From the NCBI GenBank assembly GCA_963825525.1, contig CAWGTN010000002.1:1792001-1856000 (forward strand): a DNA stretch of 64,000 nt. The letters are read 5' to 3'. Origin of the DNA: an uncultured Chloroflexia bacterium. Its GTDB lineage: Bacteria; Chloroflexota; Limnocylindria; QHBO01. The notes below the pieces were generated by a model, which did no database searches, was not told the DNA's origin, and saw nothing but the letters and a program-made list of their open reading frames with translations. Below, piece by piece: positions 49,454 through 60,736 of the stretch. The position numbers were made by a program, and so were the translations under genes. Within the stretch, counting starts at the first letter, position 1; every line of letters starts with the position of its first letter.

Positions 49454-50406
49454 GATGCAGTCCCCGCGAGGGCGAAGGCACGGGCCGGGTTGTTGACCAG
49501 GATGCTGTCGACCGCGTCGCCGCCGATCCGACTGCGGAGGCGCGGGACGAACGTCTCCATGAGGTAGCGCAGGCCCGGGCCGCCTCCGTAGGCGCGAAGC
49601 ATCGATCGCCGGCCCATGTCGAGGCCGAGCATGATCCGATCGAGGTGACCGGCGCCGGCGACCGCCTCGATCAGGCCCAGGATCTCGCTGTCGGGCCGGT
49701 ACTTGGTGCGCCCGATGGTGTCGTACTCGAGAAACACGCCTCGTGCGGCGATCTCGGCGTGGAGCTCGGGATCGGGGTTGCGATCCATGTGGGCCAGGAT
49801 GATCCGGTCGTTCGCGAGCCCATGCCCGGTGAGGATGTCGACGATCTCGTGACCGAACGTCCCCACCTCGGCGTGGACGAGGACGGCGACTCCTGCCCGC
49901 AGCGCGCCGATCGCCGAGGCCTCGAGACGCCGACGCTCGGCATCGCTGGCGTGGTGGTACGACGCCCCGGCCTTGATGACGCCGGCCCGAGCTTCGTCCG
50001 GCATGGCATCCGGGTCGTCCCAATCGCCGGGGTGCATGCCGACTTCGAGGTCGCGCACGACCCTGTCGGCCAGCATCTCGACCGACGCCTCATGCACCCA
50101 GTGACCCGCCGGGTAGTGCGCGTCGCGGTGATAGCCGGTGGCGCCGATGATCGGCATGCCGCTGGCCGTCGAGACCGCGCGGAGGAGGTCCGGTCGTCGC
50201 CCCAGTCCGATCGGTGTGACGTCGACGATGGTCCCGATTCCACTCTCGCGGCCCTCGAGGGCCTCGGCGGTGGACAGCCCGAGATCCTCGAACTCGTCGC
50301 CGGGAAGGGCTGGAGTACGGAGAAAGAGGTGGTCGTGGGCATCCACCACGCCAAGACGGGAGACCGGCACGGCGCCGGTCACGGTCATCACCTCGGGCTC
50401 GGGCAC
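49450..50406 (-). CDS. Phosphotriesterase-family (PTE/Php-like) metallo-lactonase
   Basis: HDHL, VD.TP.G.GR, ATG, G.IK, VHAE, AH.DR, YD, G.D, NPAR. Confidence 0.9.
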   Translation of the reverse strand: MPEPEVMTVTGAVPVSRLGVVDAHDHLFLRTPALPGDEFEDLGLSTAEALEGRESGIGTIVDVTPIGLGRRPDLLRAVSTASGMPIIGATGYHRDAHYPAGHWVHEASVEMLADRVVRDLEVGMHPGDWDDPDAMPDEARAGVIKAGASYHHASDAERRRLEASAIGALRAGVAVLVHAEVGTFGHEIVDILTGHGLANDRIILAHMDRNPDPELHAEIAARGVFLEYDTIGRTKYRPDSEILGLIEAVAGAGHLDRIMLGLDMGRRSMLRAYGGGPGLRYLMETFVPRLRSRIGGDAVDSILVNNPARAFALAGTAS

Positions 50407-50476
50407 GTCTCAACCACTCCGCCGCTCCAGCACTGATCCCCTCGGCATGGTAGCGGCGAAGCGAGGCCCGGGCAGA

Positions 50477-50641
50477 TCAGCCCCGGTGCGTCTCGTCCTC
50501 GCTGTCGGGGTCGGCGTCGGATTCCGGGGGAATGTTCGCTTCGTCGGCGTCGGTCATCTCCGGGTCATACGCCTTCCCCTCGTCCGGCGGTGGGCTCTTG
50601 GGCTGCTCGATGCTCCGGGCATCGGTGTCGTGGTCGCTCAT
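50477..50641 (-). CDS. Small acidic hypothetical protein (54 aa)
   Basis: GGGGAGG RBS; MSDHDTDARSIEQ...; D/E/P-rich. Confidence 0.5.
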   Translation of the reverse strand: MSDHDTDARSIEQPKSPPPDEGKAYDPEMTDADEANIPPESDADPDSEDETHRG

Positions 50642-50667
50642 GCCGTTCGCCTCCCCGTGGTCGGTCA

Positions 50668-50889
50668 TCAAGAGTCTCCTGCCCGTCGCACGTCATCATC
50701 CCCTGCCTGGTCGCCCTCGCGGTGACCCTCGGGCCAGGCTCCCTCGCGCGGGGCTGGTCCCGATTCGTTGTTGGTGACCGCCACGCGCTCGGCTCCATCG
50801 TCCAGCCCTTCACGCACCTGCTCGGTGTTCTCGTCGGGGTGCTGTCCGATCCAGGCGCCGCCCTCGCGCCGCTTCGTGTCGTCCTGCAT
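50668..50889 (-). CDS. Small hydrophilic hypothetical protein (73 aa)
   Basis: AGGAGG RBS; MQDDTKRREGGAWIGQ...; G/E/D/R-rich. Confidence 0.55.
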   Translation of the reverse strand: MQDDTKRREGGAWIGQHPDENTEQVREGLDDGAERVAVTNNESGPAPREGAWPEGHREGDQAGDDDVRRAGDS

Positions 50890-50984
50890 CCGTTCGCCTC
50901 CTGTGTGATGGCGATCCTGTTGCAAGGCGCACGCCGAAACTGGCCACGGTCTTCCTGGGCCGAGCGCCTCGGCCCTGCGTGCGG

Positions 50985-51507
50985 CTAGGTGTTGTACGCG
51001 GACATGATCCGATCCTTGGCGCCGGTCTTGTGATCCGGGATCGGTGTCATGCGTGTCGGTGCTGCCCGGGGCGGGAACGGCGGCCGCGATGTCGACGCCG
51101 GTGTCGACCAGCAGCGCATTGACCGCGTCCACGTAGGCCCCCACCGAGGCCTCGAGGATGTTCTCGCTCACGAACGTGCCCGGATACACGGGGCCGCTCT
51201 CGTCGGCCCGGCTGCGCACGGCAACGGAGACGGAACCCTTCGTCTCGTGGCCCGGACCCTGGGCATGGACGTCGTAGGAGACCAGCGAGATGCCGTCGCC
51301 GAGGACCGGCGCGAGAGCGTCATCGACCGCTCGCATGAGCGCATCCACCGCGCCGTTGCCGTCGGCGTGCGCTCGCCAGCGATGCCCGCCACCGTGGAGC
51401 ACGAGCGAGGCACGGCTGCCGCGGTCGCTGCCGCTGGTTGCCGACCAGCGCTCGATGCTCAGGCCGGCCGCGGTGCCGGCCGTCTCGTCGGGCTGGGAAG
51501 TGGTCAT
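50985..51507 (-). CDS. Stand-alone LeuA/CimA allosteric (dimerisation) domain protein (apparent +1 frameshift at about 51038)
   Basis: AAGGAG RBS; GNGAVDAL..AVD.AL, L.SY.V, V.V, NILEAS..AY..AVN mirror the LeuA C-terminus in this window; the corrected end is ..KDRIMSAYNT*. Confidence 0.8.
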
Positions 51508-51538
51508 CGGGTTCGGTCTCCTTGCGGTCGGGCGGCGC

Positions 51539-52480
51539 TCAGATCGAGGTGAGCCAGGATGCGTAGCGCTCGTCCGTGCCACGGACCGCGGCGAAGTAGC
51601 GTTGCTGGATGTCGAGCGATGTCGGGAACTCGCCCGTGCCCACCGGACGATCGTCGACCGAGGAGATCGGCGCAACCTGCACGCCGGTCCCGGTGAGGAA
51701 GATCTCGTCCGCCAGGTACAGCTCCGAGCGGTCGATTCGCCGCTCGGCGACGTCGTGGCCCGCATCGGCCGCGATGCGCAGGATCGCTGCACGCGTGATG
51801 CCGGCCAGGACGTCATCGGTCAATGGCGGCGTGGCGATCTCGTTGCCGCGCACCACGAACAGGTTGGCGGCCGACGCCTCGGCCACGTGCCCGTCACCGG
51901 TCAGCAGGATCGCGTCGTCATAGCCGCCGGCGTGCGCGTCCTCGGCGGCGAACGCGGCGTTCACGTACGAGCCGCTGATCTTGCCGCGAGCCGGGATGGC
52001 GTTGTCACTGACGCGCTGCCAGCCCGAGACCGTGACCCGGATCCCGCCGGTCGGCAGGTAGTCGCCGAGCGGGATGGTGAAGATGCCGATCCGATCCTCC
52101 AGGCCGCTGAGCTGGACGCGGATCGACGGCGCCGACTTGTAGACCAGCGGCCGGATGTAGGCGTCGCCCTCGTGCGCATTGCGTCGCAGGAGGTCGAGCG
52201 TGATCTCGACCAGGTCGTCCGCCGACTCCGGCACGGTCGCCCGCAGCAGGCGCGCGTTGCGCAGGAGTCGCTCGTAGTGCTCGCGAGCGAAGAGGATCGC
52301 GCTGCTGCCATCGGCCTGGCGATAGGCGCGAATGCCCTCGAACACGGCCGTGCCGTAGTTGAAGGTGTGCGTCGCGATGCTGACATTCGCCTCGCCGATG
52401 GGCACCACGGCGCCCTCGAAGTACGCCCAGGCGCCCAGGCCGGCGGCCGATGCCGCGGGGCGCGGTTCGGTCGCCGTCAC
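51539..52480 (-). CDS. ilvE: Branched-chain amino acid aminotransferase
   Basis: YGTAVFEGIRAY, YIRP, GK..G.Y.N, E.SAANLF, L.GITR, E.FLTGT. Confidence 0.93.
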   Translation of the reverse strand: MTATEPRPAASAAGLGAWAYFEGAVVPIGEANVSIATHTFNYGTAVFEGIRAYRQADGSSAILFAREHYERLLRNARLLRATVPESADDLVEITLDLLRRNAHEGDAYIRPLVYKSAPSIRVQLSGLEDRIGIFTIPLGDYLPTGGIRVTVSGWQRVSDNAIPARGKISGSYVNAAFAAEDAHAGGYDDAILLTGDGHVAEASAANLFVVRGNEIATPPLTDDVLAGITRAAILRIAADAGHDVAERRIDRSELYLADEIFLTGTGVQVAPISSVDDRPVGTGEFPTSLDIQQRYFAAVRGTDERYASWLTSI

Positions 52481-54129
52481 GATGCCTCCCCGGCGGTAAG
52501 CCGATCCCGACGCAGCGCCGCGTGCGAAGAGCTGCGCTCGTCTCGACGGTTGGGACGCGCGTCGAGGCGCCAGATGGCGTACTCGAGCGAGTCGTGGAGT
52601 GCGGCCAGGCTGGCGGCAATGATGTTGGCCTCGGCGCCGGCCGTGATCCACGTTCCCGTTTCGTGGCCGGTCTCGATGATCACCCGCGTCCGTGCCTTGG
52701 TTGCCGCCTCGCCGTCGATGATGCGCACCTTGTAGTCGACGAGGTGCACGTCATCCAGCGCGGGGTAGAACGCCCCGAGCGCCTTGCGCAGCGCCAGGTC
52801 GAGTGCGTTGACCGGGCCGTTGCCGTCGGCCGCGGTGTGGAGGATCTCGCCATCGACCTCGACCTTCACGCTGGCCTCGGCCCGGGGCGACGCGCCGTTC
52901 CGTCGCTCGACGATGACCGTGTAATCCACGATCCGGAATGGCGCCACGTAGTCGTCGCGCCGTCGCCGGACGAGGAGGTCGAATGACGCGTCGGCGCCCT
53001 CGAAGCTGGCGCCCTCGGACTCGAGCTGCTTCACGAGGCGTGACAGCTCCGCCGGGTCCAGCCCCTCCGATGCCAGCTCGCCGAGCTGGCGCACGCGCCA
53101 TGCGGCGTTCGCCTTCCCGCCCAGCTCGCTGACGACGAGACGCGACGTGCCGCCGACGATCACCGGATCCACGTGCTGGTAGGCCTGCTCGACCTTTGCC
53201 GTCGCCGCTCCGTGGACGCCGCCCTTGTGGGCGAATGCGCTCGTGCCGACGTACGGCTGATGGGCATCCGGCGCGATGTTCGCCACCTCCGCCACGAAAC
53301 GCGACAGCTCGGGGAGGTGAGTGAGGTCGTCGCCGGCGGGAACGGTGGGAAGTCCCAGCTTCAGCGCCAGGTTGGCCCAGATGGTGACGAGATTCGCGTT
53401 TCCGCAGCGCTCGCCATAGCCGTTGATCGTCCCCTGGACGTGACGAGCGCCGGCCTGGACGGCGGCGAGGGAGTTTGCCACCGCCAGGCCGGCATCGTCA
53501 TGAACATGGATGCCGAGGGCCACGTCGGTGCCCAGCTCGTCTCCCACGCTCCGCGTCAGGGCGGCGACCTCATCGGTGAGGCAGCCGCCGTTGGTATCGC
53601 ACAGCACCACGGTCGTCGCGCCGGCCTCGACAGCCGCGCGCAGGGTGGCGAGGGCGTAGGCCGCATCGGCCTTGTAGCCGTCGAAGAAGTGCTCCGCGTC
53701 GTAGACCACCTCGCGGCCGGCGTCGCGGAGGAAGGCGACAGACTCGGCGACCATCGCCAGGTTCTCCTCCGCTGTGGCGCCCAGGACGTCGGTGACGTGG
53801 AGCAGCCAGCTCTTGCCGAAGATGGTGGTCACCGGCGTCTCCGCCTGGATCAGCGCTCGCAGGTTCGGGTCATCCTCGGCACGGTTCGACCGGTGTCGCG
53901 TGGAGCCGAAGGCCGACAGCTTTGCGTTGCGGAACGTCATGCCGCGGGCCGCCGCGAAGAACTCCTCGTCCTTCGGGTTCGAGCCCGGCCAGCCGCCCTC
54001 GACGTATGGGAAACCGGCCTCGTCGAGCCGTCGCGCGATCTTCAGCTTGTCGGCCAGGGACAGGACGAGGCCCTCGCGCTGCGTGCCGTCACGCAGGGTC
54101 GTGTCGTAGAGGAGGATGGGCGAGGTCAC
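52477..54129 (-). CDS. cimA: Citramalate synthase
   Basis: DTTLRDGTQ.EG, EGGWPGSNPKD, IFGKSW, YDAEHFFDG, CDTNGG, AFAHKGG.H, VSEL.G, FEGADASF. Confidence 0.92.
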   Translation of the reverse strand: MTSPILLYDTTLRDGTQREGLVLSLADKLKIARRLDEAGFPYVEGGWPGSNPKDEEFFAAARGMTFRNAKLSAFGSTRHRSNRAEDDPNLRALIQAETPVTTIFGKSWLLHVTDVLGATAEENLAMVAESVAFLRDAGREVVYDAEHFFDGYKADAAYALATLRAAVEAGATTVVLCDTNGGCLTDEVAALTRSVGDELGTDVALGIHVHDDAGLAVANSLAAVQAGARHVQGTINGYGERCGNANLVTIWANLALKLGLPTVPAGDDLTHLPELSRFVAEVANIAPDAHQPYVGTSAFAHKGGVHGAATAKVEQAYQHVDPVIVGGTSRLVVSELGGKANAAWRVRQLGELASEGLDPAELSRLVKQLESEGASFEGADASFDLLVRRRRDDYVAPFRIVDYTVIVERRNGASPRAEASVKVEVDGEILHTAADGNGPVNALDLALRKALGAFYPALDDVHLVDYKVRIIDGEAATKARTRVIIETGHETGTWITAGAEANIIAASLAALHDSLEYAIWRLDARPNRRDERSSSHAALRRDRLTAGEAS

Positions 54130-55227
54130 GCGGCCACCCCGGCACCGGCCCCGATACGAGCCAGCAGGAAGGACGCGACGGCCTCGGTCCCGTCCGTACC
54201 GCCCAGGTCGGCGGTCCGCGGACCGTGCTCGATGGCCGCGTCAACGGCAGATTCGAGCAGGTCGGCGGCGCTCGGCTTGGCCCAGGCTCAGGCGCAGCAT
54301 CATCGCGGCGCTGGCGACCGTGGCCAGCGGGTTGGCGATGCCGTCCCCCGCGATGCCGGGAGCGCTGCCATGCACGGGCTCGAAGAGGCCGAACCGGCCA
54401 CCCGCGGTCGGGCGCGTGCCCAGGCTGGCCGATGCCATGAGCCCCAGCGATCCGGCAATCGCCGCCGCCTCGTCCGAGAGGATGTCGCCGAACAGGTTCT
54501 CGGTCACGATCACGTCGTAGGCGGTCGGCTGAGTCAGGATCAGGTAGGCGGTCGAGTCGACCAGCGCGTGCTCGACGGCGACCGACGGATGCCGCTCGGC
54601 AATCTCGTTGACGACCTCCCGCCACAGGCGGCTGGACGCCAGGACGTTGGCCTTGTCCACGCTCGTCAGCTTCCCGCGCCGCCCTTCCGCCAGCTCGAAT
54701 GCCAGCTCCACGATGCGCTCGATCTCGCCGCGCGTGTAGCGCAGGGTGTCGACGACCGACTCGACGCCGTCATGTGCCTCGCGCCCCTGCGGGCGTCCGA
54801 AGTAGAGGCCGCCGGTGAGCTCGCGGAGGATGAGGATGTCGGCGCCGGCTCGCACCTCCGGCCGGAGCGGCGAGGCCGATGCGAGTGCCTCGTGCGCCTG
54901 GACCGGGCGCAGATTGGCGAAGAGCTCCAGCTCGGCGCGCAGGGCAAGCAGCGCGTCCTCGGGCCGTGCCGGCGCGCCGGGATCGTCCCATTGCGGCCCG
55001 CCGACGGCACCGAGCAGCACCGCGTCCGCATCGCGGCATGCCTGCAGCGTCGCGGCCGGAAGCGCGGCGCCCGTCGCATCGATGGCGGCTCCGCCGACGA
55101 GCTGCTCGTCCCAGGTGACCGCGAAGCCGAACCCGAGGCCGGCCGCGTCCACGCAGCGCCGCGCCACGTCACAGACTTCGGGGCCGATGCCGTCGCCGGG
55201 GAGATACGCGACCCGATGATCGGTCAT
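54126..55227 (-). CDS. leuB: 3-isopropylmalate dehydrogenase (apparent +1 frameshift at about 54277)
   Basis: PGDGIGPEV, GAVGGP.W, ANLRP, RELTGGLYFG, VDKANVL, N.FGDILSDE, EPVHGSAP.I; the corrected end has RTADL. Confidence 0.93.
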
Positions 55228-56864
55228 GGATGGCTCCCTGCCGGTGAGGGGAGTGGCTCGCCCCCGGCTCGACGCTGTCGCGCTGCCTCCATGGCATCGG
55301 CGGCGACCGGGTGCTCGGCGATGAGCTTGTTCACGGCCGCCAGGTAGGCGCGCAGCGAGGCCTCGACCACGTTGGTCGACAGGCCGTGCCCGGTGAAGAT
55401 CTGCGGCACGTCGCCATCGCCCGCCGGCGCGGAGATCTTGACCGTCGCCTCGCCCTGTGCATCCTCGCCCGAACCGACCGAGCGGAGCTGGTAGTCCACC
55501 AGCTGGGGTCGCCCGCTGATGATCTGCTCGAGGGCGTTGTCCACTGCGGAGAGCAGGGCGTCGACCGGGCCGTTGCCGCCGGCGAAGGCGCGGAACGTCT
55601 TGCCCTCGTAGAACAGCGAGACGTTGCCCGAGCTCGACTCGCCCTGCCGGCTGGCGGCCGCCCAATGCTCGAGGCCGATGAGCTGAGGAACGGGATCGGC
55701 GTGCTGCTCGGCCAGCGCCATCAGGTCGGCATCGGTCACCTGCTTCTTCTGGTCGCCGAGGGTGATCGCCTCCGCGTAGAGGAGGTCGAGCGTCTCCGGC
55801 TCGACGTGGATGCCAAGGCGTCGCAGGCGCTCGTCGAACCCGGCGCGACCCGAGAGCTTGCCGAGGGTCAGCGTCGAACCCGAGAGCCCAACCGACTCCG
55901 GCGTCATGATCTCGTAGGTCAGCGGGTTCTTCAGGAAGCCGTCCTGGTGAATGCCCGATTCGTGGGCAAAGGCGTTGGCGCCCACCACGCTCTTGTTGGG
56001 CTGGACCGCGATGCCGGTGAGGTAGCTCACCAGGCGGCTGGCGCTGGTCAGCTGCTCGGTCGTCACCCCGGTGGTCGCGCCTCGAAACTCGGTGGGACGG
56101 GTGCGAAGTGCCATCACGACTTCCTCGAGTGCCGCGTTGCCCGCCCGCTCGCCCAGGCCGTTGACGGTGACCTCGACCTGGCGTGCGCCGGCCTGGATGC
56201 CGGCCAGGGTGTTGGCCGTCGCCAGCCCCAGGTCGTTGTGGCAATGCGTGCTCACGATGGCCCGCTTCCCGACCAGCTTGACCACCTGCCGGATGACCGC
56301 GGCGTACTCCTTCGGCTCGGTGTAGCCGACGGTGTCGGGAACGTTGATGACCGATGCGCCCGATTCCACGGCCGCCTCGTACGCCTCGAGCAGGAAGGGC
56401 AGGTCGGACCGCGACGCGTCCTCGGCGCTGAACTCAACGTCATGGTCCGGGCCGACCATGCGGCGCGCCTGCTCGACGCAGGTCCGAATGCGCTCGAGCA
56501 CCTCCTCGCGCGTCGTCCGCAGCTTGTGGGTGATGTGGATGTCGCTGGTGGCGATGAACACGTGGAGCTGGCGCTTGCGGGCCGGCTCGAGGGCCGCCGC
56601 CGCGACCGTCACGTCGGCCGGGACGCAGCGTGCCAGGGCCGCTATGGCCGGCGCGTCGTCGGCCGCTCCGACCTCCTGCGAGATCCGCCGAACCGCCTCC
56701 GCCTCCCCGGGCGACGCGGCGGGGAATCCCGCCTCGATCACGTCGACGCGCGTGCGGGCAAGCTGCCGCGCAACGGTCACCTTCTCCTCGACCGTCAGCG
56801 ACGCGCCGGGCGTCTGCTCGCCGTCGCGCAGGGTGGTGTCGAAGATGCGGATGCGACGCGCCAT
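55224..56864 (-). CDS. leuA: 2-isopropylmalate synthase
   Basis: [55 protein letters not shown]. Confidence 0.95.
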   Translation of the reverse strand: MARRIRIFDTTLRDGEQTPGASLTVEEKVTVARQLARTRVDVIEAGFPAASPGEAEAVRRISQEVGAADDAPAIAALARCVPADVTVAAAALEPARKRQLHVFIATSDIHITHKLRTTREEVLERIRTCVEQARRMVGPDHDVEFSAEDASRSDLPFLLEAYEAAVESGASVINVPDTVGYTEPKEYAAVIRQVVKLVGKRAIVSTHCHNDLGLATANTLAGIQAGARQVEVTVNGLGERAGNAALEEVVMALRTRPTEFRGATTGVTTEQLTSASRLVSYLTGIAVQPNKSVVGANAFAHESGIHQDGFLKNPLTYEIMTPESVGLSGSTLTLGKLSGRAGFDERLRRLGIHVEPETLDLLYAEAITLGDQKKQVTDADLMALAEQHADPVPQLIGLEHWAAASRQGESSSGNVSLFYEGKTFRAFAGGNGPVDALLSAVDNALEQIISGRPQLVDYQLRSVGSGEDAQGEATVKISAPAGDGDVPQIFTGHGLSTNVVEASLRAYLAAVNKLIAEHPVAADAMEAARQRRAGGEPLPSPAGSHP

Positions 56865-57928
56865 CAGGATCCGCCCTCGCCGGACGTGGCATCGGCCGTC
56901 TCGCGTGCGTCGCCGGCCCAGCCGTCGGGTGCCTGCTTCGGGCCGATGAAGGCCATGTGGGACCGCAGCTCGGCGCCGACCTCCTCGAGCCGCGAGCCCG
57001 CGTTCTCGGCGCGCATCCGCTTGAACTCCGGCGCGCCCTTGCGGCCCTCCTCGATCCAGCGCTTCGCGAACGTCCCGTCCTGGATCTCGGTCAGGATGCG
57101 CTTCATCTCGGCCCGGGTCTCCGCGTTGACGATCCGCGGGCCGGACACGTAGTCGCCGTACTCGGCGGTGTCGCTGATCGAGTAGCGCATGTACTGCATG
57201 CCGCCCTGGTACATGAGATCGACGATGAGCTTGAGCTCGTGCATCGTCTCGAAGTACGCGAGCTCAGGCTGGTACCCCGCGTCCACCAGCGTCTCGAACC
57301 CGGCCTGGACCAGCGACGTGACGCCGCCGCACAGGACGGCCTGCTCGCCGAACAGGTCGGTCTCGGTCTCCTCGGCGAACGTCGTCTCCAGGATTCCGGC
57401 CCGTCCCGCACCGATGCCGCGCGCGTAGGCGAGCGTGCGCTGGCGAGCGGTCCCGGTCGCGTCCCGATGCACCGCGAACAGGGCGGGGACGCCACCGCCG
57501 CCCTCGTACAGGCGTCGGACGAGGTGCCCCGGGCCCTTCGGCGCGACCATGCCGACGTCGATGCCGGCGGGCGGGTCGACCTCGCCGAAGTGGATGTTGA
57601 AGCCGTGGGCGAACATCAGCAGCGCCCCGTCGGCCAGGTTCGGCTCGATCTCGCCGTGGTACACGGCCGGTGCCGCGGTATCCGGCACGAGCACCATGAC
57701 CACGCTGGCACGAGCCGTTGCGCTCCCGGCATCGGTCACCTCGAGGCCGGCCTCGCGTGCGCGCTCGGCGGACGTGGAGTCGGGTCGCAGACCGACCACC
57801 ACCCCGACGCCGGACTCGGCGAGGTTGCGGGCGTGTGCCTCGCCCTGGCTGCCGTAGCCGATGACGGCCACCGTCTGGCCGGCCAACGCCGATGGATCGA
57901 TGTCGGCGTCGTAGATGAGCTTGGTCAT
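56864..57928 (-). CDS. ilvC: Ketol-acid reductoisomerase
   Basis: [47 protein letters not shown]. Confidence 0.96.
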   Translation of the reverse strand: MTKLIYDADIDPSALAGQTVAVIGYGSQGEAHARNLAESGVGVVVGLRPDSTSAERAREAGLEVTDAGSATARASVVMVLVPDTAAPAVYHGEIEPNLADGALLMFAHGFNIHFGEVDPPAGIDVGMVAPKGPGHLVRRLYEGGGGVPALFAVHRDATGTARQRTLAYARGIGAGRAGILETTFAEETETDLFGEQAVLCGGVTSLVQAGFETLVDAGYQPELAYFETMHELKLIVDLMYQGGMQYMRYSISDTAEYGDYVSGPRIVNAETRAEMKRILTEIQDGTFAKRWIEEGRKGAPEFKRMRAENAGSRLEEVGAELRSHMAFIGPKQAPDGWAGDARETADATSGEGGS

Positions 57929-58496
57929 TCCGGTGTGGCTCCGTTCTCGGTATCGCTGGATGAATCCGCTGCCATGGCCACGGCACCGGCACGCACGAGG
58001 CGGCGCAGACCGTGGCCGCGAAGCGCCTCCAATGCGCGGTTGATCGCGTCGGGTTCGGCCGTCAGGCGGGCGCGCCAGGCCGATGCATGGCGGGTCAGGA
58101 TCTCGCCGCCGGCCGACGCCAGGACGCCCTCCAGCTCGCGCTTGTCGGCCGTGCCGCGCGGCGGGGTCAGCTCGACCAGGACGAGCTCGAGCTCGAGGTG
58201 CGGTGCGCTCGTCAGGTCCGTCACCTCGAGGACCTCGATGAGTCGCTCGAGCTGGGCGAGGACCTGGCGGAGGTGGCCGTCGTCCCCGCGGATGGCGATC
58301 GTCATGCGTGAGTGGCCCGGTTCGTGGGTCGTGCCCACCGTCAGCGACTCGATGTTGAAGCTCCGCGCGCGGAGCAGCCCCGCGACGCGGTTGAGCGTTC
58401 CGGGTCGGTCGACCACCAGCGCGCTGACGATGTGGCGTCGGTGGACCGCATCGGCCTCGCCGGCCGGTCGAGTCTGACGGGCAGCTGCCATGGCGC

Positions 58497-58500
<4 letters not shown>
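57925..58500 (-). CDS. ilvN: Acetolactate synthase small (regulatory, ACT) subunit
   Basis: [33 protein letters not shown]; GTGA overlap with the corrected ilvB stop. Confidence 0.9.
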
Positions 58501-60243
<1,743 letters not shown>

Positions 60244-60264
60244 GGTTATCGGGTCCTCTGGGAG

Positions 60265-60301
60265 AAACAAGAACCCCGCCTGGCTCTCGGCCTGGCGGGG
60301 T
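60265..60301 (-). terminator. Attenuator terminator upstream of ilvB
   Basis: Minus strand ACCCCGCC-aggccgagagcca-GGCGGGGT-TCTTGTTT. Confidence 0.85.
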
Positions 60302-60332
60302 GGCGGTTGCGCTGTTCGGGTTGCCTGTCCGG

Positions 60333-60476
60333 CTACTCGGTCGAGCGTCCTCCATCCCGCCATCCAAGAAGGATGACGAGCCGAAGAATGCTGATGAGTA
60401 CGAGCACGCCGAGGATCCCGGACGAAGCCGGGCGCACGGTGGACTCGGCGGCGACAGTGCCGCGCTCAGTGGACAT
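60333..60476 (-). CDS. ilv operon leader peptide (47 aa)
   Basis: MSTERGTVAAESTVRPASSGILGVLVLISILRLVILLGWRDGGRSTE*; 14 of 17 consecutive codons are Ile/Leu/Val. Confidence 0.85.
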   Translation of the reverse strand: MSTERGTVAAESTVRPASSGILGVLVLISILRLVILLGWRDGGRSTE

Positions 60477-60482
60477 GGGGCG

Positions 60483-60511
60483 ACCCTACCAGTGCTGTCA
60501 ACCCCGCGCAA
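60483..60511 (-). promoter_or_regulatory. Sigma70-type promoter of the ilv leader (TTGCGC-N17-TAGGGT)
   Basis: Extended -10 (TGG-TAGGGT) 6 nt before the leader ATG; no SD sequence. Confidence 0.6.
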
Positions 60512-60566
60512 TCTTCGTGCTCAGTCGCTGCGTCGCGGGCGTCCCGTGCGATGCCGCCAGCGTTCC

Positions 60567-60711
60567 TGCCAGATTCATACGAGAGCCGCACGAGCGGCGC
60601 AATTCAGCCCGATTTTCGTCATATGCCGAATGGCGTGCGCATGGATGAGCTGGCCGTGGCAGAAATCGACTCCGCGTGGCCGCCACACGCGCACCTCATC
60701 TGAATCTGGCA
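60567..60711. repeat. 145-bp element bounded by 17-bp imperfect inverted repeats (MITE/REP-like)
   Basis: TGCCAGATTCATACGAG ... CTCATCTGAATCTGGCA (15/17), with a weaker inner inverted pair. Confidence 0.55.
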
Positions 60712-60736
60712 AACATTCACCGTGCGTTCGCCACAC

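Noticed and set aside
50668-51816. 382-aa ORF
   Set aside because: Chimera of off-frame ilvE sequence, the stand-alone LeuA domain gene and a small downstream ORF, each real gene having its own RBS.
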